Of a DNA stretch of 57,314 nt, positions 56,113 through 57,314 are shown in pieces. The notes under the pieces were generated by a model. That model ran no database searches. It was not told where the DNA came from and saw nothing but the letters and a program-made list of their open reading frames with translations. Every line of letters begins with the position of its first letter. Positions within the stretch are counted from its first letter, which is position 1. The stretch comes from a virus (lineage: Duplodnaviria > Caudoviricetes), in the IMG/VR virus record IMGVR_UViG_3300020438_000044, positions 1 through 57,314 of that record; one strand, 5' to 3'. Position numbers and translations under genes: made by a program.

Positions 56113-56866
56113 TTTGTTTACCTCCTTCGCTCATTCTATTTAGTAGTTCTGTTACATCGTTTACTTCTTCAAAGGCTTTCAACGTGCCAAGTGGGTCACG
56201 AACTTTACCATGCCAACCACTTACCTCGTCTGTTACTATATACCTTTTGACTTTTGGTATGCCTTTATCATTAGTTTCTGTCTTCCTTACACCACACATA
56301 ACGTGGTCAAACAAGGCAGGAACATGTTTACTAACGGCAGTACCCTTAACTAAGGGCCAATATTGTGTCACATCATTTGCGTCTTTCTCTTCTTTGGCAA
56401 GACACGTAATGTAAACATGGTATGGTAAATCCCTTATCCATTTGAGAGAGCCAAGCATTAGTCTGCTATAGTCTCCCCACAATGCGAACCCATTACTAGA
56501 GTTCTCATGTTGCTTCTCAAGATGTTCAATCAATCTCTCAGATAATTCTGTCAAGCTATCAATAGCTATCCATTTATATCCTGCTTCTTTAAACTCTTTT
56601 GATTGTAGCATCTTAACAATACCAGTAAATGAATAGTCTCCATTCTCTGGGTCATGGTTTCCGTCCCAAGAAGTGAACGGAAGGTAATCAATAGAAATGT
56701 CTTCAACAGATTTTAGTCCTGCTTCGCCAGATAATATTATACCTTTACCATATCTTTTTTGGAAGTAACGACACTGAAATGTTTTGCCGTATCCGTGGTG
56801 TGCATATAACAATAACTTAACTGCTCCACCTTTTTGAATGTCAGAAGTTTTCATTACGTTAAACAT
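56105..56866 (-). CDS. Sak4-like (AAA_24) recombination ATPase
   Basis: LLYAHHGYGKT; IAIDSLTE. Confidence 0.85.
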   Translation of the reverse strand: MFNVMKTSDIQKGGAVKLLLYAHHGYGKTFQCRYFQKRYGKGIILSGEAGLKSVEDISIDYLPFTSWDGNHDPENGDYSFTGIVKMLQSKEFKEAGYKWIAIDSLTELSERLIEHLEKQHENSSNGFALWGDYSRLMLGSLKWIRDLPYHVYITCLAKEEKDANDVTQYWPLVKGTAVSKHVPALFDHVMCGVRKTETNDKGIPKVKRYIVTDEVSGWHGKVRDPLGTLKAFEEVNDVTELLNRMSEGGKQNG

Positions 56867-57284
56867 TTTGCACCACCTTTATCTTTGCTCTGTCAAGCTT
56901 CCTTGTTAAGGCAGGCTTCAGATTGTTTTGGTCTGTATTAGGTAGCTTTTTAAACTTCCTTTTGTCAACGGATAAACTTCTTGTAACGTACTCTGGCAAA
57001 TCTCCTTCGCCAAATATCTCCTCCAACATCGGCTTATCCCAAGACCATCGCTCTCCTCTTGCACACGATACTTGAAACCTTGACGTTGTTTTCGACTGTT
57101 CGCCCTCTACCTCTGGAAATGCCAAGGCAATCTCGTTTTGGAGTTGTTGTATCCTATCAAGTTTGTTTGGTAAATCCAACTCTAACGTGTAGAGTTCATG
57201 GCATAGAAGGTCTAAGTGTTCTGATGGGGTTTCATCAGAGGCTTTGGTTTTACTACCAAAGCTATCCCAACTGTCTGACGACAT
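56859..57284 (-). CDS. Hypothetical protein heading the recombination operon
   Basis: AAGGAG RBS; 141 aa. Confidence 0.8.
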   Translation of the reverse strand: MSSDSWDSFGSKTKASDETPSEHLDLLCHELYTLELDLPNKLDRIQQLQNEIALAFPEVEGEQSKTTSRFQVSCARGERWSWDKPMLEEIFGEGDLPEYVTRSLSVDKRKFKKLPNTDQNNLKPALTRKLDRAKIKVVQNV

Positions 57285-57314
57285 ATGCTTCTCCTTTTTT
57301 GTTTTGCATCAGCG
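57001..57314. repeat. Terminal direct repeat / circular overlap, right copy
   Basis: See 1-314. Confidence 0.97.

Noticed and set aside
1-57314. Stop-codon reassignment, tRNA genes, introns/inteins
   Set aside because: Genes tile densely in the standard code with TAA, TAG and TGA all used as stops; no cloverleaf or splicing motifs recognised by eye (tRNAscan not run)

Overview
The window is an apparently complete ~57.0 kb tailed-phage genome. Bases 1-314 recur at 57001-57314 with 7 substitutions. The structural module is podovirus-like; a marine alphaproteobacterial host is an inference only. Layout: (i) a divergent replication/recombination block around a Cro-like switch (primase-polymerase/helicase, Holliday junction resolvase, Sak4-like ATPase, SSB-like protein, Cas4-like nuclease, DNA methyltransferase), with no recognisable family A/B DNA polymerase or RNA polymerase; (ii) a minus-strand early block (14.5 to 4.1 kb) with a pyrimidine-dimer glycosylase, a CobS/CobT-like AAA+/vWA pair without CobN, and a tyrosine recombinase; (iii) a plus-strand late block (terminase, portal, fibres, scaffold, capsid, tail, four ejection-type proteins including a 3183-aa polyvalent protein with ART-like and HExxH modules, basic microproteins, an Asp/Asn beta-hydroxylase, holin, lysozyme). 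The most original signals are regulatory: a 4-copy GnnGAC-N18-TA late-promoter motif, one copy overlapping an SD-sequestering hairpin ahead of an ATC-start gene; a shared UACG-tetraloop RNA element before the scaffold and capsid genes; a repeated TCCGAAGGACTT/(CA)n early element; and apparent genome-wide GATC avoidance broken only inside a fibre cassette. Family assignments come from motif recognition by eye, with no database searches.
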